Shown here: positions 42,892 to 53,742 of the stretch, one piece after another | How positions within the stretch are numbered: the stretch's first letter is position 1 | How the letters are laid out: every line of letters starts with the position of its first letter | Source: Deltaproteobacteria bacterium | GTDB taxonomy: Bacteria; Desulfobacterota; Syntrophia; Syntrophales; UBA2185 | Length of the DNA: 64,000 bases | Assembly (NCBI GenBank): GCA_026388545.1 | Contig: JAPLJS010000046.1 | Span: 23,396 to 87,395 of the forward strand | Reading direction: 5' to 3' | Notes under the pieces: generated by a model | Databases searched by the model: none | What the model was told of the DNA's origin: nothing | Seen by the model: the letters and a program-made list of their open reading frames with translations, nothing else | Translations under genes and position numbers: made by a program

Positions 42892-43971
42892 TTGGAAGCC
42901 TGTATAGAAAGAAAAAAAACGAAACCTGTTTTTCTTGGTGATCTCCAGGTCGGCGGGAATGCTCCTGTTGCGGTTCAGTCTATGACCTGCACCGATACCA
43001 GGGATGTGAGGGCAACAGTTGAGCAGATAAAAAAGCTTGAGGAAGCAGGCTGTGAGATCATCCGGGTTGCTGTTCCCGATAGAGAAGCAGCTGCTGCGCT
43101 TTCTGACATCAAGAAGCAGATCACCATTCCCCTCATTGCTGATATCCATTTTAATTATCGCCTTGCTCTTGACGCAATGCGAAATGGCGTGGAAGGAATC
43201 AGAATCAATCCAGGCAATATCGGTAAAGAAAAAATAGTAAAGATTATTGAGTTTGCGAAAGCGAGTGGAACTGTTATTCGCATAGGTATCAATGCAGGTT
43301 CTCTTGAAAAAGATTTATTGAAAAAATATGGAGGACCGACCGCCCCTGCTTTGGTCGAGAGTGCTTTAAAAAGTCATGCTTTTCTCAGAGACTCAGGTTG
43401 TGAAGCGATAAAATTATCTGTTAAATCGTCGGATGTAACCACGATGGTAGAGGCTTATCGGGAATTATCAAAGAAGACAAATTGTCCCCTTCATCTTGGT
43501 GTCACAGAGGCAGGGAGTATCGTTAATGCTGCCGTTAAATCTTCCATTGGGATGGGAATTCTTCTCTATGAAGGAATTGGTGATACAATCCGAGTATCGG
43601 TGACGGGGAATCCTGTTTCTGAAATTGGCGTGGCGTATGGGATCCTCAGGGCTATGGGTATCAGAAAAGTAGGACCGGACATCATATCCTGTCCTACATG
43701 TGGTCGTTGTGAGATAGACCTTTTCAAGCTTACACAGGAGGTTGAAGAGAAATTAACAGGTATAAAGGCATATATAAAAATTGCCTTGATGGGTTGCGTT
43801 GTAAACGGACCCGGAGAAGCCGCTGAGGCGGATGTAGGGATCGCCGGTGGTAAAGGTTATGGGCTGCTTTTTAAAAAAGGTCGTGTTATAAAAAAAATAA
43901 AGGAAACAGAATTAATGGCAGCTTTGATGAATGAAATTCATTCGATGGTTGCTGAAATTAAGGAGGGATAA
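42892..43971 (+). CDS. ispG: HMBPP synthase
   Basis: VQSMT, IADIHF, RINPGN, CPTCGR, MGCVVNGPGE; TTG start after GGGGTG (the track's longer start lies inside the MITE). Confidence 0.95.
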   Translation: MEACIERKKTKPVFLGDLQVGGNAPVAVQSMTCTDTRDVRATVEQIKKLEEAGCEIIRVAVPDREAAAALSDIKKQITIPLIADIHFNYRLALDAMRNGVEGIRINPGNIGKEKIVKIIEFAKASGTVIRIGINAGSLEKDLLKKYGGPTAPALVESALKSHAFLRDSGCEAIKLSVKSSDVTTMVEAYRELSKKTNCPLHLGVTEAGSIVNAAVKSSIGMGILLYEGIGDTIRVSVTGNPVSEIGVAYGILRAMGIRKVGPDIISCPTCGRCEIDLFKLTQEVEEKLTGIKAYIKIALMGCVVNGPGEAAEADVGIAGGKGYGLLFKKGRVIKKIKETELMAALMNEIHSMVAEIKEG

Positions 43972-45683
43972 TGCGTTATTCGGAAATATTCTTGCCTACA
44001 ATAAGAGAAGTGCCTTCAGATGCGGAAATTATCAGCCATCAACTCATGATAAGAACAGGAATGATAAGAAAGTTGACAAGCGGTATCTATACGTACCTTC
44101 CTTTAGGCTACCGGGTTATTCAAAAAGTGGAGAAGATAATACGGGAGGAGATGAACAGGGCGGGAGCCCAAGAGATCTCTATGCCGACGATTCAGCCACG
44201 TGAACTATGGGAAGAATCTGGTCGGTGGAACCACTATGGTAAAGAACTTCTGAGGTTTAGAGATCGTCATGAGAGGGAGTGCTGTTTGGGGCCGACACAC
44301 GAGGAGGTTGTCACCGATCTTGTCAGGAATGAAATTAAGACGTATAGACAACTTCCTAAGAATCTCTATCAGATCCAGACGAAATTTCGTGACGAGATCC
44401 GACCGAGATTCGGTGTCATGAGATGCAGGGAATTCAGTATGAAGGACGCGTATAGTTTCGACGTAAACGAGGAAGGTGTCGATATAAGCTATAAAAAAAT
44501 GTTTGACGCCTACAGTAGAATATTCCAGCGGTGTGGTCTGAAGTTCAGGGCAGTAGAGGCTGATACAGGCAGTATTGGAGGGAACTTTTCCCATGAATTC
44601 ATGGTGATTGCCGATTCAGGTGAGGATGCCCTCGTCTTTTGCAGTAATTGTGAGTACGCAGCAAACCTTGAAAAGGCGGAGGTTTCTATACCCAATCGAA
44701 GAGAAATTCGAAAGGAAGATTTCCTTCCCCTTGAATTAGTCCATACACCGGATATGAAGAGCATTGAAGAAGTGTCTACATTTCTCAACGTAACTTCATC
44801 TGATGTTGTAAAAACCATGATATATAGCGCTGACAATGTGCCGGTTGCTGTTCTTGTCAGAGGGGATGAAGAAGTCAATGAAATTAAATTAAAAAACTAT
44901 TTGGGGTGTGATGCCGTCGAGAAGGCGTCTGACGACATGATTTATGAAGTTACAGGAGCCCCTCGTGGATTCGCAGGGGCTGTTGGAATAAAAGCGAAAA
45001 TGATTGCTGATTATTCTTTAATCAATATGGCCAATTTTGTGATGGGTGCAAATAAACCGGATTATCATGTGAAAAATGTAAATATCGGAAGGGACTTTTC
45101 CGTGGACGCCTTTGCTGATCTAAGAATAGTCAGGGAAAATGATTTATGTCCTCGCTGCGGCTCTCCTCTCAAATTTGCTCGCGGTATCGAGGTCGGGCAT
45201 GTTTTTAAACTGGGTACAAAGTACAGCAAAGCAATGAAGGCCATTTACCTCGATAAGAATGGAAAGGAACAGTACATGGTAATGGGATGCTACGGCATCG
45301 GTATCGGAAGGACTGTTGCTGCCGCCATTGAACAGAATTACGATGAAAATGGTATTATATGGCCACTACCAATAGCCCCCTACCATGTGATCATTACCCC
45401 GGTTAATGTTAATGATGAACCCATTAGGAGGGTATCGGAAGATTTGTATAAGTCCCTATCGGAAAAAGGTATTGAAGTTATTCTTGATGATAGAGATGAA
45501 AGAGCAGGTGTGAAATTTAAAGATGCAGATCTCATCGGCATCCCCCTGCGCGTGACGATTGGACATAAATCACTCGCCGAGGGGAGGATAGAAATTAAAA
45601 TCAGAGCATCAGGTGAGGTTAACAGTCTGACCATTGATCGGGTAGATGAGTTTATTGTCAATTATATAAATGTAGGCGTATAA
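43971..45683 (+). CDS. proS: Proline--tRNA ligase with editing domain
   Basis: LGPTHEE, FRDEIRPRFG, IEVGHVFKLG, MGCYGIG. Confidence 0.97.
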   Translation: MRYSEIFLPTIREVPSDAEIISHQLMIRTGMIRKLTSGIYTYLPLGYRVIQKVEKIIREEMNRAGAQEISMPTIQPRELWEESGRWNHYGKELLRFRDRHERECCLGPTHEEVVTDLVRNEIKTYRQLPKNLYQIQTKFRDEIRPRFGVMRCREFSMKDAYSFDVNEEGVDISYKKMFDAYSRIFQRCGLKFRAVEADTGSIGGNFSHEFMVIADSGEDALVFCSNCEYAANLEKAEVSIPNRREIRKEDFLPLELVHTPDMKSIEEVSTFLNVTSSDVVKTMIYSADNVPVAVLVRGDEEVNEIKLKNYLGCDAVEKASDDMIYEVTGAPRGFAGAVGIKAKMIADYSLINMANFVMGANKPDYHVKNVNIGRDFSVDAFADLRIVRENDLCPRCGSPLKFARGIEVGHVFKLGTKYSKAMKAIYLDKNGKEQYMVMGCYGIGIGRTVAAAIEQNYDENGIIWPLPIAPYHVIITPVNVNDEPIRRVSEDLYKSLSEKGIEVILDDRDERAGVKFKDADLIGIPLRVTIGHKSLAEGRIEIKIRASGEVNSLTIDRVDEFIVNYINVGV

Positions 45684-45688
45684 AATTT

Positions 45689-47839
45689 GTGCTGCGTATT
45701 ATAGACATACTCGATAAAACCCAATCCTATTTATCTCCGGAAGAACAGGAGATAATAGAAAAGGCGTACATCTTCTCAGCATCTGTGCATCAGGGGCAGG
45801 TACGCCTGTCAGGAGAGCCTTATCTCACCCATCCCGTGGAAGTGGCAGGAATACTGGCTGATATGAAACTCGATGCGGCTACCATTGTAACAGGCATCCT
45901 CCATGATACGGTAGAGGACACGCTGGCTACACTTAAGCAGATAAAGGAGGCATTCGGTAAAGAAATCGAATTCCTGGTTGAGGGATTAACAAAGATAAGT
46001 AGAATCACCTATGGGAGCATGGTTGAGCATCAGGCGGAAAATTTCAGGAAGATGATTCTGGCAATGTCTTCCGATATCCGGATACTTCTGGTGAGACTGG
46101 CTGACAGAACGCATAATATGAGGACTCTTGAATTTCAACCTCCGGAAAAACAGAAATTTATCGCTGAAGAAACCCTTGAATTGTATGCTCCTTTAGCGAA
46201 CCGTCTTGGAATTAACTGGATAAGAATAGAATTGGAAGATCTGGCTTTCCGTTTTCTCAATCCTGAAGCTTATTATGAGCTGGACAGCCGTCTTGCAAAG
46301 AAGGAAGAGGAAAGAGAACGATATACCAAAGAAGTGAAAAATATCATCCAAACGGAGATCGATAGATTTGGACTGAAAGGTGATGTTGAAGGGAGAGCGA
46401 AGCATTTATATAGCATATACAGAAAGATGGAGGAACAGCGTTTAGACTTCGATGACATATACGACCTGATTGCCTTCAGAATCATCCTTGATACAGATAG
46501 GGAAAGTGAATGCTATGAAGCTCTCAGCGTTGTCCATTCTCTCTGGAAGCCGGTACCTGGACGTTTTAAAGACTATATTGCCATGCCGAAGGCAAATAAC
46601 TATCGTGCATTGCACACGACTGTAATCGGCCCCTATGGTGAAAGGGTGGAAATTCAGATACGAAACAGGATTATGCATGAATGGGCAGAGGGAGGTATCG
46701 CCGCACACTGGCGGTATAAAGAGGGGCGATCGTTTATTAGCGATGAAGATGATCAAATAAAAAAGTTAAGAGATTTGCTGGAAGTTCAACAGGAACTTAA
46801 AAATCCCCGGGAGTTCATGTCTAATCTGAAAATGGCCCTTTTCCCGGATGAGGTATATATATTCACACCGAAAGGTGATGTAAACTCCTTTCCCAAAGGA
46901 GCAACTCCTATTGATTTTGCATACAGTATTCACACTGATGTGGGACACCAGTGTATTGGAGCGAAGGTCAACAGAAACATAGTGCCTCTCAAGTATGAAA
47001 TGCAGAATGGTGATACTGTCGAGATTTTAACACAGACGGGACACCACCCCAGTAAGGATTGGTTGAAATATGCAGTAACATCGAGAGCAATATCGAAAAT
47101 CAGAAACTGGGTTAAAACGGAAGAAAGAAAAAAGAGTGTCTCTCTTGGCAAGGATCTCCTGGAGAAAGAATTCAAAAAGCATCACCTTAAATTCAGTCAA
47201 ATTGTCAAGTCCGAAGAAATCAAGAAAATTTACACAGAATATTCGGTAAATACAATTGAAGACTTGATGGCAATTATCGGTTATGGGAAGGTATCGGCAA
47301 AGCGGATTGTTAATCAATTTCTGCCCGAAGAGGAAGTAAAGACTGACGCGACAACCCTTATAAAGGAGAAAAAGAAGGGGGGTGCATCCGCATCCGTAGG
47401 CATTTCCTTAACGGGGATTGAGGATATTATGGTCAGATTTGCAAGATGCTGTAATCCAATTCCAGGAGACGATATTTTGGGGTATATCTCACGGGGAAGA
47501 GGAGTTACCGTTCATACGGTCAATTGCTCGTTTGTTGAAGGCCTGGATATGGAAAGAATCGTAGATGTATCGTGGAATATCAAAGAAAAGCAGACGTACC
47601 CGGTGAATATGAGGGTTGTATGCCGGGATAAGAAGGGCCTGCTCGCTGAAGTCAGTACGGTAATATCGTCTTTGGATATTAACATCAGTCACGCTGAAGT
47701 TGATACGAGGCTGGCAGACATGCAGGCAATATTAAGCTTTAAAGTGGATGTAAGTGATCTACAACAGTTCAACCAGGTATTATTTGCGATCAAAAAACTC
47801 AAAAGCGTCATTTCGGTTGAGAGGCTCAGAAAATCATAG
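45689..47839 (+). CDS. rel: Bifunctional (p)ppGpp synthetase/hydrolase (Rel/SpoT)
   Basis: LHDTVED hydrolase, RFKDY synthetase, TGS, CCNP zinc finger, ACT. Confidence 0.95.
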   Translation: MLRIIDILDKTQSYLSPEEQEIIEKAYIFSASVHQGQVRLSGEPYLTHPVEVAGILADMKLDAATIVTGILHDTVEDTLATLKQIKEAFGKEIEFLVEGLTKISRITYGSMVEHQAENFRKMILAMSSDIRILLVRLADRTHNMRTLEFQPPEKQKFIAEETLELYAPLANRLGINWIRIELEDLAFRFLNPEAYYELDSRLAKKEEERERYTKEVKNIIQTEIDRFGLKGDVEGRAKHLYSIYRKMEEQRLDFDDIYDLIAFRIILDTDRESECYEALSVVHSLWKPVPGRFKDYIAMPKANNYRALHTTVIGPYGERVEIQIRNRIMHEWAEGGIAAHWRYKEGRSFISDEDDQIKKLRDLLEVQQELKNPREFMSNLKMALFPDEVYIFTPKGDVNSFPKGATPIDFAYSIHTDVGHQCIGAKVNRNIVPLKYEMQNGDTVEILTQTGHHPSKDWLKYAVTSRAISKIRNWVKTEERKKSVSLGKDLLEKEFKKHHLKFSQIVKSEEIKKIYTEYSVNTIEDLMAIIGYGKVSAKRIVNQFLPEEEVKTDATTLIKEKKKGGASASVGISLTGIEDIMVRFARCCNPIPGDDILGYISRGRGVTVHTVNCSFVEGLDMERIVDVSWNIKEKQTYPVNMRVVCRDKKGLLAEVSTVISSLDINISHAEVDTRLADMQAILSFKVDVSDLQQFNQVLFAIKKLKSVISVERLRKS

Positions 47840-47956
47840 AAAGAGGAAAATTTGAAAATAAAGCCTAACGTTTATTCATTGACAGAAAATACATATTTGC
47901 TGTATGAAACGCACACCAAAAAAACAAATAGCATGAAAGGGATAATATCAATTGGG

Positions 47957-48646
47957 ATGAAGCTTTGGGTAGTGAGAATTTTTCTAATATTATTAATTGT
48001 GATTGTTCTTCCGCTTTACAGCGCGGTAGCCCAGCAACCTCAGAATAAACATCTGGTAATAATAGACCCTGCACATGGTGGAACGGATTTTGGTGTTAAA
48101 ATATCTGATAAGGAATATGAAAAAAAGTTAACCCTTGCCATATCGTTATTAATAAAAAAAGAATTGGATAAATCTGGAAACATTCGAATACAACTGACAA
48201 GATCATCCGATGAGGATGTATCATTATCTGAAAAGAAGAAGAAAATAGTGGCATTGAAATCAGAGTTGATTGTGAGCATTCATGTTAATGCGGGTTTCGG
48301 TAAAAATTCAACTGGATACGAATTGTATTTTCCTGGATTTAAGACAGCTTCAGCAGAAAAAAGTGATTCAAAGGAAATTCTCAAGGATATGGCAAGAAAC
48401 AAATATCTGAATGAATCTGTAAGGTTAGCACAATTGATACAGAAAAACATGGATAGTGTCTTTCCGAAAAAAAGTAGAGGTCTCCGGGATGCGCCCATAG
48501 CTATCCTTGAGGGCTTATCACTACCGGCAGTTATCGTAGAAATAGGTTTTGCCACGAATCCGGAAGATAGAAAAAAGATTGTAGATGGAAATATTCAAAA
48601 TGAGATTGCGCTTGCGTTAAGCAAAAGCATAAAAGACTACTTTTAA
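47957..48646 (+). CDS. N-acetylmuramoyl-L-alanine amidase (Amidase_3) with signal peptide
   Basis: IDPAHGG, SIHVNA, VEIGF; start uncertain (47933 or 47957). Confidence 0.85.
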   Translation: MKLWVVRIFLILLIVIVLPLYSAVAQQPQNKHLVIIDPAHGGTDFGVKISDKEYEKKLTLAISLLIKKELDKSGNIRIQLTRSSDEDVSLSEKKKKIVALKSELIVSIHVNAGFGKNSTGYELYFPGFKTASAEKSDSKEILKDMARNKYLNESVRLAQLIQKNMDSVFPKKSRGLRDAPIAILEGLSLPAVIVEIGFATNPEDRKKIVDGNIQNEIALALSKSIKDYF

Positions 48647-48683
48647 AAGTTATGATGTGCGGAAATAAAGAGCAACAGGAGTC

Positions 48684-49415
48684 ATGCAGGTTATGAGGGC
48701 TAACGGGCGCGGGTGGAATGAAATCAGAGAAGTGAAGATTACAAGGGAATATTTGAAATATCCTGAAGGGGCTGTCCTGATTGAAATGGGGAACACTAAA
48801 GTCATCTGTACAGCTACAATTGAGAATAAAGTGCCTGCGTTCTTAAAAGGGTCCGGCAAGGGCTGGCTGACAGCCGAGTACTCAATGATTCCCATGTCGA
48901 CTCAAAACCGTACGCCCCGTGAATCAGCAAGAGGCAGAATAGGTGGGAGAACACATGAAATTCAGAGACTGATCGGCAGATCACTGCGCGCTGTTACTGC
49001 TTTGGACACATTTGGCGAAAAAACAATTTATATAGATTGTGATGTGATTCAGGCAGATGGCGGAACAAGAACTGCCTCAATTACAGGTGGTTTTGTTGCT
49101 TTAGTCGATCTTTTTCGAAAATTAAGACAGCAGGGAATAGTGAGCGGAATTCCAGTTGAAGATTATGTATCCGCTGTCAGTGTTGGAGTTGTAGGTAGCC
49201 AGATATGTCTCGATCTGGAATATGAGGAAGACTCAAGGGCTGCAGTAGATATGAATTTCGTAATGACAGGGAAGGGACTTTTCATAGAAATTCAGGGTAC
49301 TGCGGAAGAAGTCCCCTTCAGCCGTGATGAATTTAATAAAATGACTGATATTGCTGTCCAAGGTATCGCGGAGATTACAAAAAAGCAGGTGGAGGTATTG
49401 GGAAAATTAACCTGA
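48684..49415 (+). CDS. rph: Ribonuclease PH
   Basis: [37 protein letters not shown]. Confidence 0.97.
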   Translation: MQVMRANGRGWNEIREVKITREYLKYPEGAVLIEMGNTKVICTATIENKVPAFLKGSGKGWLTAEYSMIPMSTQNRTPRESARGRIGGRTHEIQRLIGRSLRAVTALDTFGEKTIYIDCDVIQADGGTRTASITGGFVALVDLFRKLRQQGIVSGIPVEDYVSAVSVGVVGSQICLDLEYEEDSRAAVDMNFVMTGKGLFIEIQGTAEEVPFSRDEFNKMTDIAVQGIAEITKKQVEVLGKLT

Positions 49416-50008
49416 TGCGAATCATTTTAGCTTCTCGAAACGAAGGGAAAATAAGAGAAATTAACGCTATTCTTGAAGATCTGGACATAGAGATTCTTTC
49501 TCTTAATGATTATAAAGATCTTCCCGATATCAACGAAGACGGTACGTCATTCTTTGAAAACGCTCTCAAAAAAGCAAGAATAATTTCTGAACTTACGGGT
49601 GAAATGGTCCTTGCCGACGATTCAGGATTGGAAGTGGAATGTCTCGGTGGAGAACCGGGTGTTTACTCATCAAGATATTCAGGAAATGGGGCGACAGATA
49701 GCAGCAATATTAAAAAGCTTCTTGAACGTATGGAAGGAGTATCTGTCGAAAAAAGAAGCGCTTCTTTCAGATGTGTTCTTGTTCTTTATGAGCCAGATGG
49801 AGGATATGTGTCCTTTGAGGGCAGTTTGAAAGGAATAATAAATGATAAACCAGTTGGTGCCGGAGGCTTTGGTTATGATCCGGTATTTTTTCTGCCGGAA
49901 CTGGGGTTAACAGTAGCGCAGATTCCGCTGGAGATGAAGAACCGACTCAGCCACAGAGCCCGGGCTGTTGAAAAATTTAAAGAAGCATACAAGAGAAAGA
50001 GTGTATAG
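49415..50008 (+). CDS. rdgB: XTP/dITP diphosphatase
   Basis: [28 protein letters not shown]. Confidence 0.95.
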   Translation: MRIILASRNEGKIREINAILEDLDIEILSLNDYKDLPDINEDGTSFFENALKKARIISELTGEMVLADDSGLEVECLGGEPGVYSSRYSGNGATDSSNIKKLLERMEGVSVEKRSASFRCVLVLYEPDGGYVSFEGSLKGIINDKPVGAGGFGYDPVFFLPELGLTVAQIPLEMKNRLSHRARAVEKFKEAYKRKSV

Positions 50009-50032
50009 AGTAAAATAATTCGATAAAGAAAA

Positions 50033-50109
50033 CGGGGCGTAGCGCAGCCCGGTAGCGCGCCTGCTTTGGGAGCAGGATGTCCCAGGTTCAAATCCTGGCG
50101 CCCCGACCA
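50033..50109 (+). tRNA. tRNA-Pro(TGG)
   Basis: CGGGGCG/CGCCCCG acceptor stem, CCTGC-TTTGGGA-GCAGG anticodon arm, GTTCAAATC, encoded CCA. Confidence 0.97.
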
Positions 50110-50118
50110 GTAAATGAG

Positions 50119-50154
50119 AGGAGTTAGCGAATATCGTTAACTCCTTTTCTTTTT
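50119..50154 (+). terminator. Intrinsic terminator after tRNA-Pro
   Basis: AGGAGTTAGCGA-ATA-TCGTTAACTCCT followed by a T-run. Confidence 0.7.
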
Positions 50155-50166
50155 AATCTTTTTGGC

Positions 50167-50243
50167 TATAATTCCCCGCCGCTTGCGGCGAATGAAATAT
50201 AACTCCCCGAGATACCCCGCTGTTTGCGGCGGGGTCGTTCATT
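50167..50243 (+). repeat. Pair of GC-rich palindromes resembling IS200/IS605 ends or REPs
   Basis: CCCCGCCGCTTGCGGCG and ACCCCGCTGTTTGCGGCGGGGT-CGTTCAT; TATAA(T/C)TCCCC occurs twice. Confidence 0.55.
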
Positions 50244-50406
50244 GTGAGGATTTTTCATTGACTTGCTTCTTACTGCTTTCTGATATTCTTTTGGAATATT
50301 CTCAAAGACATCACCAATCAGTTGAAAATGGCAAGCAAGAAGGAGCCTTTTTTGTAAACAGGATAATTTATTGCTTTTATGATGTGCTATGGAGAATCGG
50401 AGTAAT

Positions 50407-50631
50407 TCACGATGATGTTGATTTATCTTTATCTTGATACCCTATCGTAAAAGTCTCCGGTGAATAGTCCCGTTCTGCTATTTGTTCACAGGATTGACAA
50501 TATTTTCTTGCAGGTATCTTTCCAGTCCAGAATATCATCTTTTTATGGTTAACCTTGCACCTGGGGCATATACAGGGTGTTAATTTTTGTCGAGTAGGTG
50601 TCCAATTATTATTTTTATTACTGCTACCCAT
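50407..50631 (-). CDS. Small hypothetical protein with two CxxC pairs (putative zinc finger)
   Basis: CICPRC...FWTG...RKYCQSC; purine-rich RBS upstream of ATG 50631. Confidence 0.65.
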   Translation of the reverse strand: MGSSNKNNNWTPTRQKLTPCICPRCKVNHKKMIFWTGKIPARKYCQSCEQIAERDYSPETFTIGYQDKDKSTSS

Positions 50632-51129
50632 TTTCCCCAATTCCTTTCTCATAAGCAATCGCCATGTATCATGATAATTCCGGTATCTCTGCTACCAACA
50701 TTGAACAGTATATTACTGCTCTATAAGACAAATAGAGTACACGGCAAGGTGATGAGGTAATTACGTATCAGCTCTTTTAGGAATATGTCAACGTTCCTTC
50801 TTCATAATATTTCTTATGTGTTTTAATAGGTAAAACCATATATTTTTATCCGGTTATCTTCTATTAACCTTTCATACATTTACTTTCATTAGCGTCGATG
50901 GAGCATTTTAATATCTTTTCTCATTATATATAGACGTACCTAAAAAAAATTTTCTGATACAGTAAATCTGATACTCCTTGCGTGATTGGTCTTGTGAGAC
51001 ACATTCATCGTCATGTAACAAATTGCTTTTTGGCAATCCCCGTGCTAAAAGCTTCAAGAATGTAAATTGTTTGTGAGTAGTGAAGTATTTTTTTATGCTG
51101 ATAATTCAGTATACAATTTTAGCACCTTA

Positions 51130-52359
51130 ATGAACACTTCGTCCCTGGATAAATATGGTTGTTACGCCCTCCTCTTGCTTCTTAGTGTTAATTTCTTAAA
51201 TTATATCGACAGGCAGATTTTATATGCCGTATTTCCACTTATCAAAGACGATTTCGGACTGACGGATACTTCACTCGGCTTTCTGGGCAGTGCCTTCATG
51301 CTTTGTTATATGGTATCGGCTCCCGTACTCGGGTGGCTGGGAGACCGTATAAGCCGTGTGAAACTTGCCTCTGCCGGGTTGGTTGTCTGGAGTGTGGCCA
51401 CGTCACTTACGGGCATTGCTTCCCGCTATCATACGCTTCTTTTAGCAAGAGTATCGGTCGGGATAGGCGAAGCAAGCTTCAGTACGGTATCTCCGGGCCT
51501 TCTGGCCGACTACTTTCCAAAAGAGAAACGAGGACGAGTACTTTCACTTTTTTATCTTGCAATTCCTGTCGGGAGTGCATTTGGCTATATTTTAGGTGGA
51601 ATTCTTGGGCAAAAATTTGGCTGGCAAACAGCATTCCTTATGGTCGGAGTACCCGGAGTTCTTCTGGCTATTCCTTTATGGTTTCTTAACGAACCAAAAC
51701 GCGGCGGCAGTGAAGGAAAAGTTACGGGAGACTTGATGCAGTCAGGAGGCTACAGTTCTCTGTTTTCAAATCGTCCCTTTATTATCAATACCCTGGCTAT
51801 GACGGCAATGACATTTGCGATGGGAGGTCTGGCACAGTGGGTTCCTACGTATCTCTACCGCATTCATGAACTCGATTTGGTTACTGCGAATACTTATTTT
51901 GGCTGTATCACGGTACTTGCAGGGATAACCGGTACTCTGATTGGCGGTTGGCTGGGAGATTATTTTCAGAGAAAGACCCCGAAGGGGTACCTCTTAGTGT
52001 CCGGTTGGGGTTTTCTATTTGGGGCTCCAATGGCAGCTTATGCCCTCGTTACACCGACACTGAGCAATTGCCTTGCGGCAATATTTTTTGCCGAATTTTT
52101 CCTGTTTTTAAATACCGGTCCACTCAATACTGTCATAGTGAACGTGACGCATCCAGACGTACGAGCCAGGGCCTTTGCAGTAAACATTTTTATCATTCAT
52201 GCCCTTGGAGACGCCTTCTCACCCACCGTATTGGGGTGGTTGTCAGACCTCTGGGGGCTCAGGTATTCTCTCCTCATCACCCCTATTGCTATCATCGTAG
52301 CGTCTTTTTTCTGTTTTTTATGCGGCCGCTTTATTGGAAAGGATAATACGAAGATATGA
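51130..52359 (+). CDS. MFS transporter (spinster-like)
   Basis: NFLNYIDRQ, GWLGDRISR motif A, ARVSVGIGEA, HALGDAFSP. Confidence 0.9.
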   Translation: MNTSSLDKYGCYALLLLLSVNFLNYIDRQILYAVFPLIKDDFGLTDTSLGFLGSAFMLCYMVSAPVLGWLGDRISRVKLASAGLVVWSVATSLTGIASRYHTLLLARVSVGIGEASFSTVSPGLLADYFPKEKRGRVLSLFYLAIPVGSAFGYILGGILGQKFGWQTAFLMVGVPGVLLAIPLWFLNEPKRGGSEGKVTGDLMQSGGYSSLFSNRPFIINTLAMTAMTFAMGGLAQWVPTYLYRIHELDLVTANTYFGCITVLAGITGTLIGGWLGDYFQRKTPKGYLLVSGWGFLFGAPMAAYALVTPTLSNCLAAIFFAEFFLFLNTGPLNTVIVNVTHPDVRARAFAVNIFIIHALGDAFSPTVLGWLSDLWGLRYSLLITPIAIIVASFFCFLCGRFIGKDNTKI

Positions 52360-52368
52360 GCAGCGTAG

Positions 52369-53742
52369 CTATTGCAGGCGCCTTTTCATTATATCGTAAA
52401 GAACGTTCTCAATTAATTTTCTTATGATGTGTAAACGTTCCTCTGTCGAGGCCTCAAAGCGCAGAACTAAAACGGGCTGGGTATTGGATGAACGTACGAG
52501 ACCCCATCCATCACCGAAGGGGATTCTTACACCGTCGATATCGATAATTCTATAGTTTTTCCTGAAATAATTTTTGATCTCTTCAACCACCTTAAATTTA
52601 ATATGGTCTGGACAGTCTACCTTAATCTCAGGAGTGCTGAAGGTCGGAGGAACATCGGAAAGGATTTCACTGATTTTTTTACCTGAAGCGGATAGGATTT
52701 CCAGCAATCTTAGAGAAGCATAGATGGCATCGTCATAACCGAAATACCGGTCTGCAAAGAACATATGACCACTCATTTCACCTGCGAGAAGGGCTTTTTC
52801 CTCTTTCATTTTGCTCTTGATCAAAGAGTGGCCGGCTTTCCACATGATTGGTCTACCGCCATGTTTTTCAATATCGTCATAAAGCTTTTGCGAGCACTTA
52901 ACCTCACCGATAATGGCTGCACCAGGCGTTTTCTGAAGGATAAATCTGGAAAAAAATAAGAGGAGTTCATCTCCCCAGAGGATATCACCCCGGTCGGTTA
53001 TTACACCGATTCGATCCGCATCGCCATCGTAAGCAATGCCTATATCGGCTTTCTTCTCTTTAACGAGGCCAATCAATTCAGTGAGATTTTCGGGAATAGT
53101 CGGATCCGGGAAATGGTTAGGGAAGCGGCCATCCGGGTCGCAGTAAATATCAGTAACATGACAACCAAATCGTTTAAAAAGAGGGAGCGCAAAAATACCT
53201 CCCACACCATTTCCAGCGTCTACAACGATATTCAACCCTTCATTTATCTCAATGTTGTTAAACAAATAATCTTTATACGGTTTTGAAATGTCCGCGAAGC
53301 GGGAAGATCCTTTTCCGGCTAAATACTTGCCGCTTTCCATGATTTTCCTCAGCTCTTGAATATCCAGGCCATAGATGGTATCAGGCCCCACACATATCTT
53401 AAAACCGTTGAATTCGGGAGGATTATGACTTCCTGTCACCATCACACCGCCGTCTGCGTTAAAATGTCTTATGGAAAAATAAAGCATTGGGGTGGCGCAC
53501 AGACCGACATTAATGATATTTATCCCCGTTGAATTAATGCCTTTTCCGATTGAGTTGCAGTATTCGGGAGAACTGAGTCGGCAATCCATGCCAAAAGTCA
53601 TGGTCTTAACTCCGCGAGGAATCGCGTAAGTTCCGATCGATCTTCCAAGATTGTAAACAAAGTCAAAGTTAAAATCTTTGTCAACGATGCCCCGGATGTC
53701 ATACTCTCTGAAAACTTCAGGGTTTATTACAGTGCCGATCAT
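52369..53742 (-). CDS. Phosphomannomutase/phosphoglucomutase (AlgC-like)
   Basis: FREYDIRG, TGSHNP, DGDADR, GEMSGH. Confidence 0.94.
   Translation of the reverse strand: MIGTVINPEVFREYDIRGIVDKDFNFDFVYNLGRSIGTYAIPRGVKTMTFGMDCRLSSPEYCNSIGKGINSTGINIINVGLCATPMLYFSIRHFNADGGVMVTGSHNPPEFNGFKICVGPDTIYGLDIQELRKIMESGKYLAGKGSSRFADISKPYKDYLFNNIEINEGLNIVVDAGNGVGGIFALPLFKRFGCHVTDIYCDPDGRFPNHFPDPTIPENLTELIGLVKEKKADIGIAYDGDADRIGVITDRGDILWGDELLLFFSRFILQKTPGAAIIGEVKCSQKLYDDIEKHGGRPIMWKAGHSLIKSKMKEEKALLAGEMSGHMFFADRYFGYDDAIYASLRLLEILSASGKKISEILSDVPPTFSTPEIKVDCPDHIKFKVVEEIKNYFRKNYRIIDIDGVRIPFGDGWGLVRSSNTQPVLVLRFEASTEERLHIIRKLIENVLYDIMKRRLQ

Noticed and set aside
50162..50437. 91-aa ORF after tRNA-Pro
   Set aside because: Its 5' half is the palindromic repeat, and it has no RBS or motif
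51023..51051. Sigma54 promoter TGGCA-n-GTGCT upstream of the MFS gene
   Set aside because: The same bases fit a sigma70 TTGCTT-17-TAAAAG with extended TG equally well; ambiguous, so not called
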